DNA of 64,000 nt from Octopus sinensis (lineage: Eukaryota), in the NCBI RefSeq assembly GCF_006345805.1, contig NC_043011.1, positions 63,376,464 through 63,440,463 of the forward strand, given 5' to 3'. Numbering within the stretch: position 1 is the stretch's first letter; each line of letters opens with the position of its first letter. Below the pieces are notes generated by a model that saw only the letters and a list, made by a program, of their open reading frames with translations, was not told the DNA's origin and made no database searches. The position numbers and the translations under genes were made by a program. Below, one piece after another: positions 13,227-25,281 of this stretch.

Positions 13227-14585
13227 TGGTAAAGACGATAATAAACTTGAAGGCCTATTGCGCACTGTGAAAACATTCAGTGATGACATCGGGATGGAGT
13301 TTGGGCTTGAGAAGTGTGCCAAGGCCACTTTCCAGAAAGGGAAAGTGAAGACCACAAATTCAGTCGTGTTAGATGTTGACACAGTCATAACAAAGCTTGA
13401 GCAAGAACAAACATACACATATTTAGGGATAAATGAAGGCCCTGATATTCAGCATGCAAGCATGAAAGAGAAGATCAGGAAGGAATGTTATAGGAGGGTT
13501 CGTGCAGTCCTGAAATCTGAATTAAATGCACGTAACAAGGTGTTAGCTATAAATTTCTTAGTAGATCCAGTTGTTACTTATAGCTACAATGTGTTGAACT
13601 GGAATATGAGTGAAGTAAAGAATATAGATAGGAAAATACGCAACCTGCTGAGTTGTAATAGGATGCACCACCCAAAGGCCACGAAAAATCTCACGGGCAA
13701 TTGGCTGATAGGTGGGAGGAGATACCTCTGCACGGCAAATATGTGGCCCGTAGCAAACAAGCTGATTTTGACCAGATGCAATCCTATCAGTGGCTACGTA
13801 GTTCAGGGCTAAAAGCAGAGAGCGAAGGTTTCATCCTGGTTGCTCAAGATCAAAGCTTATTAACCCGGAACTACCAGGCCAATGTGATGAAAAATGGAGG
13901 AGACCCAAAATGCCGATTCTGCAACGACATGATTGAAACAGCGGACCACCTAAGCTCTGGATGTAAAGTCTTAGCACCAGTGGAGTATGAATTAAGACAT
14001 GACAGAGTTGGCCAATATCTACACTGAGACTGTAACTGAAGGAGAAAATGTAACCATTCTGTGGGACTCTCCAGTACATACAGACAGAACCATCAAAGCC
14101 AATAAACCGGATATTGCTGTGAAAGACCAAAACAATAAAGTTTGCTTATTGATTGACATGAGCATCCCCTGTGATCATAATATCTCGGCGAAAGAGTTTG
14201 ACAAGCTCAGAAAATATTAAGACCTACTCATTGAAATTGAGAAAATGTAGCATCTCAAGGCGGTTACAATACCAGTGATCGTAGGAGCACTAGGAATGAT
14301 CAAGAAGGGAACCGAAAATTATATGAGAATGAATCCTGGCTTACCATCCCTGCAAGAAGTGCAAAATATTGTCTTAACTGGTACATCACACGTATTGAGA
14401 CGAGCATTGTCGATGTGAGAAGTATTACTACCCATGTATTTTAATTTAACTTTAAAAAAAAAAATGAACGAACTCGTGAGTTTAGTTTAATGGCCTACCA
14501 ATGTATACTGAGTTTCTTTTCCCTAGGAGTCGGGAAGACACTCGGCAAGAAATGGATGCAAATTTGAAAGAAGAGGAAAAGAATA
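13225..14585 (+). mobile_element. R4/Dong-like LINE family A, 5'-truncated with deletions
   Basis: RT C-terminus (FGLEKCAK), CRFC...HLSSGC, RHDRVG, PD-D endonuclease motif, 3' UTR. Confidence 0.9.
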
Positions 14586-14624
14586 AAATAATAATAACAA
14601 CAACAACAATAATAATAATAGTAA

Positions 14625-15175
14625 TGAGACAGCTCTGCATAACATCAAAGTGACACAGGGTTAAAATATACTAGGCCCAGCATAACCATTATCGCTACTC
14701 ATCTGAGAAGTGAACACTTGGGACATGCATCACAAACATATGTGCGCGACATAGTGATCTCACATCAAGATACACAGCACGTCACTTTGTAGGAAAAGCC
14801 CTGTCAAAATATTACTTCGCCTGAGTAGCCCATACCCCTCAAAAATGTCTTTGAATAAAGGTTGTTTAAGGATGTTGAACGAAACACTAATGATTTCAGA
14901 GGTGAAATATACAAACCCGAAAGAACTCTTCTCAACATATGGCTATGATTTTCCCCCACTACATTTCCTCCTGACTAGAGTTGCACATATCGTCAGCCAT
15001 TAAGAGATATGCTCAACATGTTCAGGTAAAAAAAACTGTCAAGAATATCTGTTGTATTGAGAAGAATATTTAATATAGACCACTTTTTATAGCAAAATAA
15101 AAAAAGCTACGTGATAACACCTCCAATGAGATAAGAAGTCACGAGAGCCACTGTGTGGTATGCATCGGGTAATTT
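14625..15175 (-). mobile_element. TAA-tailed retroposon, diverged copy
   Basis: Colinear with the 33900 and 55131 copies. Confidence 0.75.
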
Positions 15176-15340
15176 CTTCTTCGTCTTCTTCTTCTTCTTC
15201 TTCTTCTTCTTCTTCTTCTTCTTCTTCTTCTTCTTCTTCTTCTTCTTCTTCTTCTTCTTCTTCTTCTTCTTCTTCTTCTTCTTCTTCTTCTTCTTCTTCT
15301 TCATCATCATCATCTTCTTCTTCTTCTTCTTCTTCTTCTT
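15176..15340. repeat. (TTC)n microsatellite
   Basis: Direct reading. Confidence 0.95.
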
Positions 15341-15406
15341 ATTATTATTATTATTGTTGTTGTTGTTATTATTATTATTATTAATAATATTATTACTATT
15401 ATTATT

Positions 15407-15882
15407 TTGAGTGAGAGAGCAGTTCATGCTATCAAAGTGACACTGGGGTAAAATATACGAAGCCCAATATACCCATCATGACTACCCGTCTGATAAGGGT
15501 ACACCAGGCACATGCATCACAACCATATGTGCGCGACATGGCGATCTCATATCAAGATAAACAGCACATGACCTTGCAGGTGGGGCCCAGTTAGAATTTT
15601 CTTCAGGTTGAGTAGCCCATCCCGCTCAAACGGTCGCTGAATAAGGGTTGTTTAAGGATGTTGAAAAAACCACCCATGTTTCCAGAGGTGAATTATTCAA
15701 ACCCCAAAGAATCCCTCTCAACACATGGCTATGATGCTCCCCCACTACTTCTGCTCGTGATCAAAGATGCAGATATCGTCAGCCACTAAGGGACATGCTC
15801 AACTGATTAAGGTCAAACAACTGACAAGCAAATCTGTGGTATTGAGCAGAATATTTGCTGTAGCCCATCTTTTATACCAAGA
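15407..15882 (-). mobile_element. TAA-tailed retroposon
   Basis: Near-identical to the 33900, 54582 and 55131 copies. Confidence 0.85.
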
Positions 15883-15920
15883 TTATTATTATTATTAATG
15901 TTATTATTATTATTATTATT

Positions 15921-17968
15921 GTCATTTACTTTTAATCTGCATGTTTGATGCAATCACTTCCCGGGGCACACCCAGCGCCCTAGGGCAAGTGAAGGTTAAG
16001 AGTTGTTGAAATATAGCTGAAAGCTTGCGGAGGGGAAGTAGAGAAATATCTCCATGTAATACAACACAAACATTTCCATTGATAGGGCTTTTCTAAGGAT
16101 GTGGGCAGTACAATCTTTTGGATTACCTTGCACAATCTTTTGGATTACCTTGAGACATGGTTCTCCAGGGATATTGTCTAGGTGTTTCTGACATTCCTTT
16201 TTTATAATACCTAGGGCACCTACAATAACAGGAACAGTTTTTGTTTTAAGATTCCACATCTTTTGTATTTCGATTTCCAGGTCCTTATATTTACTAAGTT
16301 TGTCATATTCCTTTACAGATGTATTTTTATCAGTGGGGACGCTTACTCTATTAGTCTGCAGGTATTTTCTTCCCTGTCTTTAACAATTATGTCTGGTCGA
16401 TTAGCCTTGAGCGTTCTGTCAGTGTTGACTGGAAAATCCCAGAGGATGGTGACATCCTTACCTTCAACAACTGGCTGAGGATGGTGTTCATACCAGTTAG
16501 CAGGGGTGCCAAATTTGTAGTGTTTACATATCTTCCAATGTATATACTATCCTACCCTATCGTGGCGATTTTTGTATTCGTTTGATGTCAGCACAGGACA
16601 TCTCAAAACGAAATGATCTATTGTTTCGTCAAATGTGTCGCAGAATCTGCATTTAGGGTCAGTACCGTTTCGGAGAACGTTAGCCTGGTAGTTTCTGGTA
16701 AACAAGCTTTGATCTTGTGCTGCCAGTATGAAGCCTTCAGTCTCTGCTTTTAATCCTGAACTCTTCAGCCACTGATGGGTTGTTGCTTGGTCTACATCAG
16801 CATTTTGGCTTCGTAGAATATATTGTCTATGCAGGGGCTTCTGGCTCCACCGCCTCTCAATTTGATTCTGCCTGTCCTTTTTTGCAGTCTGCTTGATTCG
16901 CTTTGCTTTCTTGGTAGCAGTGGTTTCCGTCTCTTCATCTGATTCAAGGTTAATGTCTAGTTTCCTTTCGAACTTATAAGCCTCTTTGACAATAGAATGC
17001 AGCTTTTTGCTGCTTTCGTGTTCGCACACAAGTCGCAGCATCCTGTTCTTTGTACTAGATAGATACCTGTTCATACCTACAGTAGAGGTCTTATAGCACA
17101 GCTTTATTTGCCTCATTTCTCTCCCCCCGCTGCTTCTAGGTAGGTACAGGCGGTCTACATCTGCCTTAGGGTGGTGCATGCTCTTGGATGTCAGTAATTT
17201 TCTTGTCTTCCTGTCCAAGCGTTGGAGTTCCGTAAGGTTCCAGTTAATGATGTTAAAAATGTACTGGACTACTGGAAGCGCCAGGGTGTTAATGGCCTCA
17301 ATGCAATTTTTGGAGTTGAGTTCAGTCTTCAGTACAAGCCTTATTCTCCTATAGTATGCTTTTCTTATTTTTTCCTTCATAGTAGCATGATGTATACCAT
17401 CTCCTTCGTTGATTCCTAGGTATTTGTAACTTTCTTGTGGGTCAAGTTCCTTGATGGTAGTGTCAATATATAATTTAACAGAAGCTGTTTGCCTGAGCTT
17501 GCCTCTTACAAAAGTTGCTTTAGCACACTTATCAAGGCCAAAATCCATTCCGATATCGTTGCTAAACTCTTTAACAGTTGTTAGCAGCCCTTCTAGCTCT
17601 TGGTCATTCCTGGCAAACAGCTTTAGGTTGTTCATATAGAAGAGGTGGTTTATTGACTTACTAAAAACTTTGTACCCATATCCGGTACTATCCAATTCGT
17701 TTGAGAGTGGGATCAGTGCCATGCAAAAAAAGTAATGGAGAGAGGGCGTCACATTGAAAGATGCCTCGTTTGATGTTGATGCTGTTGGACTGGCTCATCC
17801 CATTACTATGGCTTAGAAAGAGACGTGTGTTCCACATGGTCATGCTATTCTCTAAGAGTTTTGAGACGACAGGAGAGATCTTTTATATCCGAAGGGCCTT
17901 CAGTATCCATTTATGTGGGACACTGTCATAGGCTTTCATGTAGTCTATACATGCCATACTCAGGGTTT
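15921..17968 (-). mobile_element. R4/Dong-like LINE family C, 5'-truncated
   Basis: IDYMKAYDSVPH, 401-aa ORF 16547-17752, CRFC...RHDRVG, RLE region; 3' UTR shared with 54101. Confidence 0.9.
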
Positions 17969-18076
17969 TATTATTATTACTATTATTATTATTATTGCTG
18001 TCATCATCATTATTATTAATATTATTATTATTATTATTATAATTATTATTATTATTATCATTAATATTATTATTAT

Positions 18077-20167
18077 TTTTTTTTTTTCTTCTTTCAAATT
18101 TGCATCCATTTCTTGCCGAGTGTCTTCCCGACTCCTAGGGAAAAGAAACTCATAGTATACATTGGTAGGCCATTAAACCAAACTCAGTAGTTCGTTCATT
18201 TTTTTTTTCTTTTTTGTTTAAAAAGTTAAATTTAAATTAAAATACATGAGCAGCAACAGTTCTCACATCGACAATGCTCTTCTCAATACGTGTGATGAAC
18301 CAGTTAAGACAATCTGTTGCACTTCTTGCAGGGATGGTAAGCCAGGGATCATTCTCATATAATTTTCGGTTCCCTTCTTGATCGTTCCTAGTGCTCCTAC
18401 GATTACTGGTATTGTAACCGCCTTGAGATGCCACATTTTCCCAATTTCAATGAGTAGGTCTTTATATTTTCTGAGCTTGTCAAACTCTTTCGCTGAGATA
18501 TTATGATCACAGGGGATGCTCATGTCGATCAATAAGCAAACATTATTGTTTTGGTCTTTCACAACAATATCTGGTTTATTGGCCTTGATAGTTCGGTCTG
18601 TATGTACTGGAAAGTCCCACAGAATGGTTACATTTTCTCCTTCCGTTACAGCCTCAGGGTGGTGATTATACCACTTGTCGGAAGTTTTGATATTGTAATG
18701 CCGACTTATTAGCCAGTGGAGATATTGGCCAACTCTTTCATGTCTTAATTTATACTCCACTGGTGCTAAGACTTTACATCCAGAGCTTAGGTGGTCCGCT
18801 GTTTCAATCATGTCGTTGCAGAATCGGCATTTTGGGTCTCCTCCATTTTTCAGCACATTGGCCTGGTAGTTCCGGGTTAATAGGCTTGATCTTGAGCAGC
18901 CAGGATGAAACCTTCGCTCTCTGCTTTTAGCCCTGAGCTCCGTAGCCACTGATGGGTTTGCTTCTGGTCAACATCAGCTTGTTTGCTGCGGGTCACATAT
19001 TTGCCGTGCAGAGTTTTCTCCTCCCACCTATCAGCCAATTGCTCGTGCGCTTTTTTCATTGCTATTATTTTCACCTTCTTTGCAACAATAGTTGCCGTAC
19101 TTCCCTCGGGTTGTTCAGTTTGGGTATCGTGCACGAGATCAATAGCAAATTTTTTGCTTTTCTTTATGATAGAATGAAGCTTCTTTCGTCTCTCGTGATT
19201 TTCCACGAGCTTTATCATCCAGTCATTCGTTATTTCGAGATATTTGGCCAGTCCAATTGTGGTTGTTTTGTAAGCTAGTTCAAATTGGATAAGGCCTCGA
19301 CCTCCTTGGGCTCTGGGAAGGTAATGGCGATCTACGTCTGCCTTTGGGTGGTGCATCCTATTACAACTCAGCAGCTTGCGTATTTTTCTCTCTATTCTCT
19401 TTACTTCGCTCATATTCCAGTTCAACACATTGTAGCTATAAGTAACAACTGGAACTGCTAAGGAATTTATAGCTAAAACCTTGTTACGTGCATTTAGTTC
19501 AGATTTCAGGACTGCACGAACTCTCCTATAACATTCCTTCCTGATTTTCTCTTTCATGCTTGCATGCTGAATACCAGAGCCTTCATTTATCCATAAATAT
19601 TTGTATGTTTGTTCTTGCTCAAGCTTTGTTATGACTGTGTCAACATCTAATACGATTGAACTTGTGGTCTTCACTTTCCCTTTCTGGAAAGTGGCCTTGG
19701 CACACTTCTCAAGTCCAAACTCCATTCCGATGTCATCGCTGAATGCTTTCACGGTGCGCAATAGGCCTTCAAGTTCATTATTGTCTTTACCATAATGTTT
19801 TAAGTCATCCATATAAAATAGATGACTTATTTTTTAATTGGCAATTTTATACCCATACCCTGTTCTGTTTAATTCACTTGTAAGGGGTATTAGGGCTATG
19901 CAGAATATTAAAGGTGAAAGTGAGTCACCTTGAAAAATTCCACAGTTGATGTTTATATTTTCTGAGGCAAGTACTCCATTAGAGTGGTATAATTGGAGAT
20001 TCGTATTCCACAACGACATATTGTGCTTCAGGAAGTTTGAAATCACAGGGGAAATTTTGAAGATGTCCAGCGATCTCAAGATCCATGGATGCGGTACACT
20101 GTCGAAGGCCTTTTTGTAGTCAATCGATGCGGTGATGAGATTTCTGCGCTTGTGACAGTTCTCAAGG

Positions 20168-20169
<2 letters not shown>
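18077..20169 (-). mobile_element. R4/Dong-like LINE family A, 5'-truncated
   Basis: IDYKKAFDSVPH, GIFQGDSLSP, YMDDLK, CCHC, RLE; one stop (~19834) and one frameshift (~18885). Confidence 0.92.
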
Positions 20170-20238
<69 letters not shown>

Positions 20239-20809
20239 CATTATTATTATTATTGTTATCATCATCATTATTATTAATATTATTATTATTAGTAGTAGTA
20301 GTATTTATATGCATGTTGCTGTTATTTGGTGTTTTAAAGTGTGAAGGATAGCGTCAGTAGCTCTTGAAGCGACCGTAGTTGTGGATTAGTTCTTAAAGCA
20401 CTCTGGATTGCTTTTTCTTTTGGACATTTCTGTGGATGTTAACCCGGATTCACTTTACATTTAATACTCTAAGTATATTATATTAAATCACCTCGGTATA
20501 TACAATCATATCTTTTTCATATATGCGTTTATTCTTTATACACCTTTTTCCAGCATATGTGAAAATATATGTATATTAGTATAGGTTCGGGATTTGAGCG
20601 CGGTACCTTAACGTGTATTTATACGGTACGGTGTGAATGTATGGGTTCGATTTGAAGTTTTTTAAAAACTTATGTTGATTAATTGTTAACCACAAATGCA
20701 TACTTACATCCATCCATCCGTCCATCCGTCCATCCATCCGTCCATCCATCCGTCCATCCATCCATCCATACATGCATGCATGCATGCATGCATGCATACG
20801 TACATACAT

Positions 20810-20884
<75 letters not shown>

Positions 20885-20889
<5 letters not shown>

Positions 20890-21075
20890 AACAACTCCCA
20901 GACAACCGCCTCGGCAATGACACACCAGTCTCACGTCATTTCCGCTCCACCGGTCACTCCTTGCAACACCTGTCTGTGTTCGGATTGTCCTTGCACAGAG
21001 GCCATCCGGACTCCCGTTTGCGCTGTTAACAGGGATTAATCTTCTCTCTTCGCTCCTTTACGCCATTTGGGCTCA
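20885..21075 (+). mobile_element. Penelope-like GIY-YIG C-terminal fragment
   Basis: [27 protein letters not shown]...[14 protein letters not shown]; pyrimidine-rich tail to ~21320. Confidence 0.65.
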
Positions 21076-21372
21076 ACTCTCCTCCCATCTAACTTCCTCC
21101 CCGACTCCTACTTCTCTTCACTCCTACATCTTTTCACCCCTACTCCCTTTCCCTCTTCTCCCTTACTCTCTTTTTCTCTCCCCTCCTTCTCTCTTCCCTC
21201 TTTCTCTCTTCCTCTCTTCTCTCTTTCTCTCTTCTCTCTTCTCTCTTACTATCTTTCTCTCTCCTGTCTTATTCTCTTTCTCTTTTCTCTCTTACTCTTT
21301 CACCCTTTCTTTCTCTCATTTCTCTTCTGTATTTACACAACACAAAAAAATTATTTCAATATTGCAACTTAC

Positions 21373-21409
21373 CTACAAGTAGAATAGAAAGGAAGAATAA
21401 AATTTTCAT
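21373..21409 (-). CDS. P2 exon 1 (signal peptide MKILFFLSILLV)
   Basis: ATG at 21409, 37 nt, G|GTAAGT; phase 1 joins exon 8119-8218 as ...LLVDAVN. Confidence 0.8.
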
Positions 21410-21920
21410 GGCTTTTCTATGACACGTTAAAACAAACGAATGGTGGTACGGCAATCAACCATGTTGTTTTGTTACATGTAATGGCATTCAGTGTAACATA
21501 TGCGAGGCACCAGTAAAACAAAACAACGCAATTCAATTAAGTCTGTCATATTAAATTACAAAGCGGCAATATTTCTTTCACCAGAACATTTAATTGTCGA
21601 ATAACGATTCATACGTGGATACAGAAATTAAACTGACAATTGAATATTCATTTCTCCATTTAGATAATAATATGACCTATAGTCAAAAAACTGAAGCATA
21701 ATTGATTTGTGGAATGTTTATCTCTTATTCTTCCATTTGTGTTTCATATTGTTGTGCAACCATTCTGGGATACTATACTGAAGGATTTACTAAAGGAATA
21801 AACTTCTAGACCTGTACTGAGTCTATTCTACTGTCTCTTGAACTATATACTCTACTTCCCCAAATCTCCTGCCGATCAGAAGCATCATATTTTAAACGAA
21901 AAATTCAGTCACTTTTGCAA
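21410..21920 (-). promoter_or_regulatory. Conserved upstream block of P2 with the TATA position mutated
   Basis: AACAAC where the paralogs have TATAA(C/T/A). Confidence 0.6.
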
Positions 21921-21949
21921 ATATTATTATTATTATTTTCCTTCCTTTC

Positions 21950-22012
21950 TTTTCTTCTTTCAAATTTGCTTCAAGTTCATAGGCCTTCAAGTTCATTATC
22001 GTCTTTACCATA
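21950..22012 (-). mobile_element. R4 family A micro-fragment
   Basis: YGKDDNELEGL joined directly to the 3' terminus GCAAATTTGAAAGAAG. Confidence 0.7.
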
Positions 22013-22081
<69 letters not shown>

Positions 22082-22130
22082 TTTATCATTATTATTATTA
22101 TTATTATTATTATAATTATTATTATCATAA

Positions 22131-22209
<79 letters not shown>

Positions 22210-22213
<4 letters not shown>

Positions 22214-22935
22214 TAGTTTTATTTTTATGGCATGCATTCACTTCACTACCGAGCGCAACTCTGTGTGTCATGGGTATGTGCTGTGATTTGTTGTGATGCT
22301 CTGATGGTTATTTTACTGAAAGTGCTCTGCGTAGGATGTGTGCAGTGCCTAGTAGTGCAATTTTCTGTATGTTATATGTGTTTGTAAGTCCTGGTGTTTT
22401 TGTTATGTATTTGTCTGAATATTTTTTTATCATGCCTAATACACCTACTATGATAGGAATTGTTTCTGTTTTTAGATTCCACATTCTGGTTACCTTTATT
22501 TCCAGGTTTTTGTAATTTGAGAGTTTCTCCATTTCTTTTAGAGACACTTTGTCATCTGCTGGTATTGATACATCAATTAAAAAGCATTTTCTTTCTTCAT
22601 GATCTCTGACAACTATATCTGGTCTGTTTGCCTTAATTTCTCTATCTGTGTGTATCGACATATCCCAGAGTATGGTTGCTTTCTCGTTTTCTGTTACCTT
22701 TTCTGGTGTGTGCCTATACCATCCTTGTTCTGTTGTTATTCCATAATGTTGTCATAGCTTCCAATGTATGTAGTTTCCAAATCTGTCATGTCTGTGAATA
22801 TATTCCTTCTTTGCTAGGACTGGGCAGCTAGAGATAATATGATTTATTGTTTCTTGTCCATCTCCACATATTCTGCAGTTACTTGCTATGTTTTTTTGTA
22901 ATTTCTGGTGGGGAGGCTTTGGTCTTGTGCTGCTT
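22210..22935 (-). mobile_element. R4/Dong-like LINE family B, 3' fragment
   Basis: TDREIKANRPDIVVRDHEERKCFLIDVSIP; family B 3' UTR. Confidence 0.9.
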
Positions 22936-22936
22936 A

Positions 22937-23008
<72 letters not shown>

Positions 23009-23039
23009 TTAAGAATTAAGAATTATGCGCCTTAAATAG

Positions 23040-24010
23040 TGTTTGGATACTTGCATGTCAGAAACGGTTTTTATCAAAGAAATTTTAAATTCTATTATTC
23101 TGTAAAATAATATTTAGTTAGTTTAAATGTACACAAATGCATAAAAATAATTTTTAATTCCATTAGTCATTCTAAAATACCAATAAAATTCATTCAATTT
23201 AAATAAGGGTAAAATTGTGCAGAACTTTAGGATTTCATGATACATCAAACACCACAAACTTGATGCATTACAGAGAAATAAACATTTGAAACAAACATTT
23301 ACTCCGCTAAAAGCATAAACCAAAATACATAGAGAAGTTAAAAATAGAAATTCGCCAAGGCAAGCTGCTCTAACGAGGGATATTAACAGAGAGATTATAT
23401 TCTCAGGAAAGCGCCCTGAAATTGACATAAGTACTCAATACAAGAATTGAGCAATCAATTCTCCTTTAAACGAAGAAAGTAAGAGGTCTTTCCCACTTTT
23501 CCGACACTTTTCTAAACATGGGTTCACTCTAAATAGACAGTATAAATGTAAATGGACTGGTGCCATTCTGGAAGCAGGGCCATCTCTACAACGACCTGAC
23601 GTCGTTGAACATAGATGTTCTAGCCATCAACAAGTGTAGAATTTGGGAAGTACAAGCCTTCGCACTCAATTACAGCAAAGACGAGGTGTACGCATCTCCA
23701 AGATATGGAGGCTGGTTCAGTCTGTTATTTCGGAAAGAATTGGATCTCATTAGATGGACATTCTTTCTGGACGCAAAATATAAGTCCCACCAACCAGAGG
23801 AGATGGGCGCTTCACCATCTTTTCTCTCTCTTGCTTTCTACTTCCTTCTTCGCCTTATCCTCTTTTCTCTCTTCTTTATCATTCTCGTCTTTTCGCTTTC
23901 CCTTCCATTAGTCACGTGAAAGCGTTAAATTACGTTCCCGTTACCTCGCGTCATCGATGCTTCTCTCGGTATTTTCTTCTCCAATCCTGTGAAAGCGTTA
24001 CCGACGTAAT
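23040..24010 (+). mobile_element. L1/Tx1-type ORF1-end/AP endonuclease fragment
   Basis: LNIDVLAINKCRIW...GGWFSLLFRK; paralogous to 45880-46436 and 62130-63330. Confidence 0.6.
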
Positions 24011-24154
24011 AGGTAATGTAAGGGCAAACAGACTTATGAGATTTATTACAAACTTTATCTTGCTTTTTCGTTGTATTGTAATTTTTCTTACTTAATTCCT
24101 CTTTCTAATCCCAGCCATCCAACTTCATCTATTCTGTTCCATTCCTTATTAAAC

Positions 24155-24407
24155 AATTCCTAACATAGTAGGTGCATTAGGCATGATAAAAAAATATTCA
24201 GACAAATACATAACAAAAACACCAGGACTTACAAACACATATACCATATAGAAACTTGCACTACTGGGCACTGCACACATCCTACGCAGAAAACTTTCCA
24301 TACAATAACCATCAGAGCATCACAACAAATCACAGCATATACCCAAGGCACACAGAGCTGCGCTCGGTAGTGAAGTGAAAGCACGCTATAAAACATATAC
24401 TACTGAA
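24155..24407 (+). mobile_element. R4 family B 3' tail
   Basis: Reverse complement of the 22210 3' end, followed by (TAA)n. Confidence 0.85.
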
Positions 24408-24764
24408 TAATAATAATATTAATAATAATACTAATAATAATATAGAATCCAAGGACAGCAACATAAGCTAGACTGAAATAGCTTGATTAAGTGGGAATCG
24501 TACACGACGTGAATGCTCACCTTGCTCCGTACAGATCCCATAAACTCAAGTAGACAACCCATGAATGCCTGTCAAATATATATATATGTGCATTTATATA
24601 TATATGTATATATTTGTTGAAATGGAAAGATGAATTATCTTGTTAAGGATTATTCAAAAGTTTAACCGATACCTGGGTAGGAAAAATCACAGCAGAAAAA
24701 ACACGGTTGAAGATAAGCCCATATGGTGTTGCAACCGTGCGTTGGTGCGGATAATTGAAGTTTA

Positions 24765-25278
24765 ATATAATTAGTGAATGGAAGAAATGGAGTTGAACGA
24801 AGATTGTACAGAATTCCTTTTACTGCATTCTACACATGTTTCAAAGGCCACAATTTTCCAAATTCTGATTAAATAAGGATACCATATTGCAGCTTTCTCT
24901 TCAGGAAAAACCAGGAATTACGTTGTCAGAACAAAACAAAACAGAGGCGCTGCAAAGCAATTCGAACGAAGACGCTGCTTAAGAGCCCATGGGTAAAATG
25001 TTTATCAATGTACGTTGGTGGGGGCCGACAAAGGGTCCGTTGGAATAAATCCAGGTCAGGCCGCGGTCAAATCTAGTAGGTGAGGAATTAATGAGAACAA
25101 GGGGTGTGGAGATGTTCTGTGTGACCAAAACTAATGTTCTGAAAATTTTAAGAATACAGGGTGTATTTTTTAGGGGCGAGACAATACCTACCTAAAAGCA
25201 TGTATGTGTATACTAACCTATGTGTGCGCCGCCGTTTGTTGGCGAGGGGCGCTAGATAATGAGCACTGCTGAAAAAAG
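24765..25278 (-). repeat. Left inverted terminal repeat (pLTR), 514 bp
   Basis: Reverse complement of 27801-28314; about 6 mismatches counted by eye. Confidence 0.95.
24812..24919 (-). ncRNA. Type I hammerhead motif, left pLTR copy
   Basis: Mirror of 28160-28267. Confidence 0.65.
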
Positions 25279-25281
25279 AAG

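Noticed and set aside
15107-15427. Poly-K, poly-F, poly-S ORFs and the many poly-I/L/Y/N ORFs in the track
   Set aside because: Translations of microsatellites.
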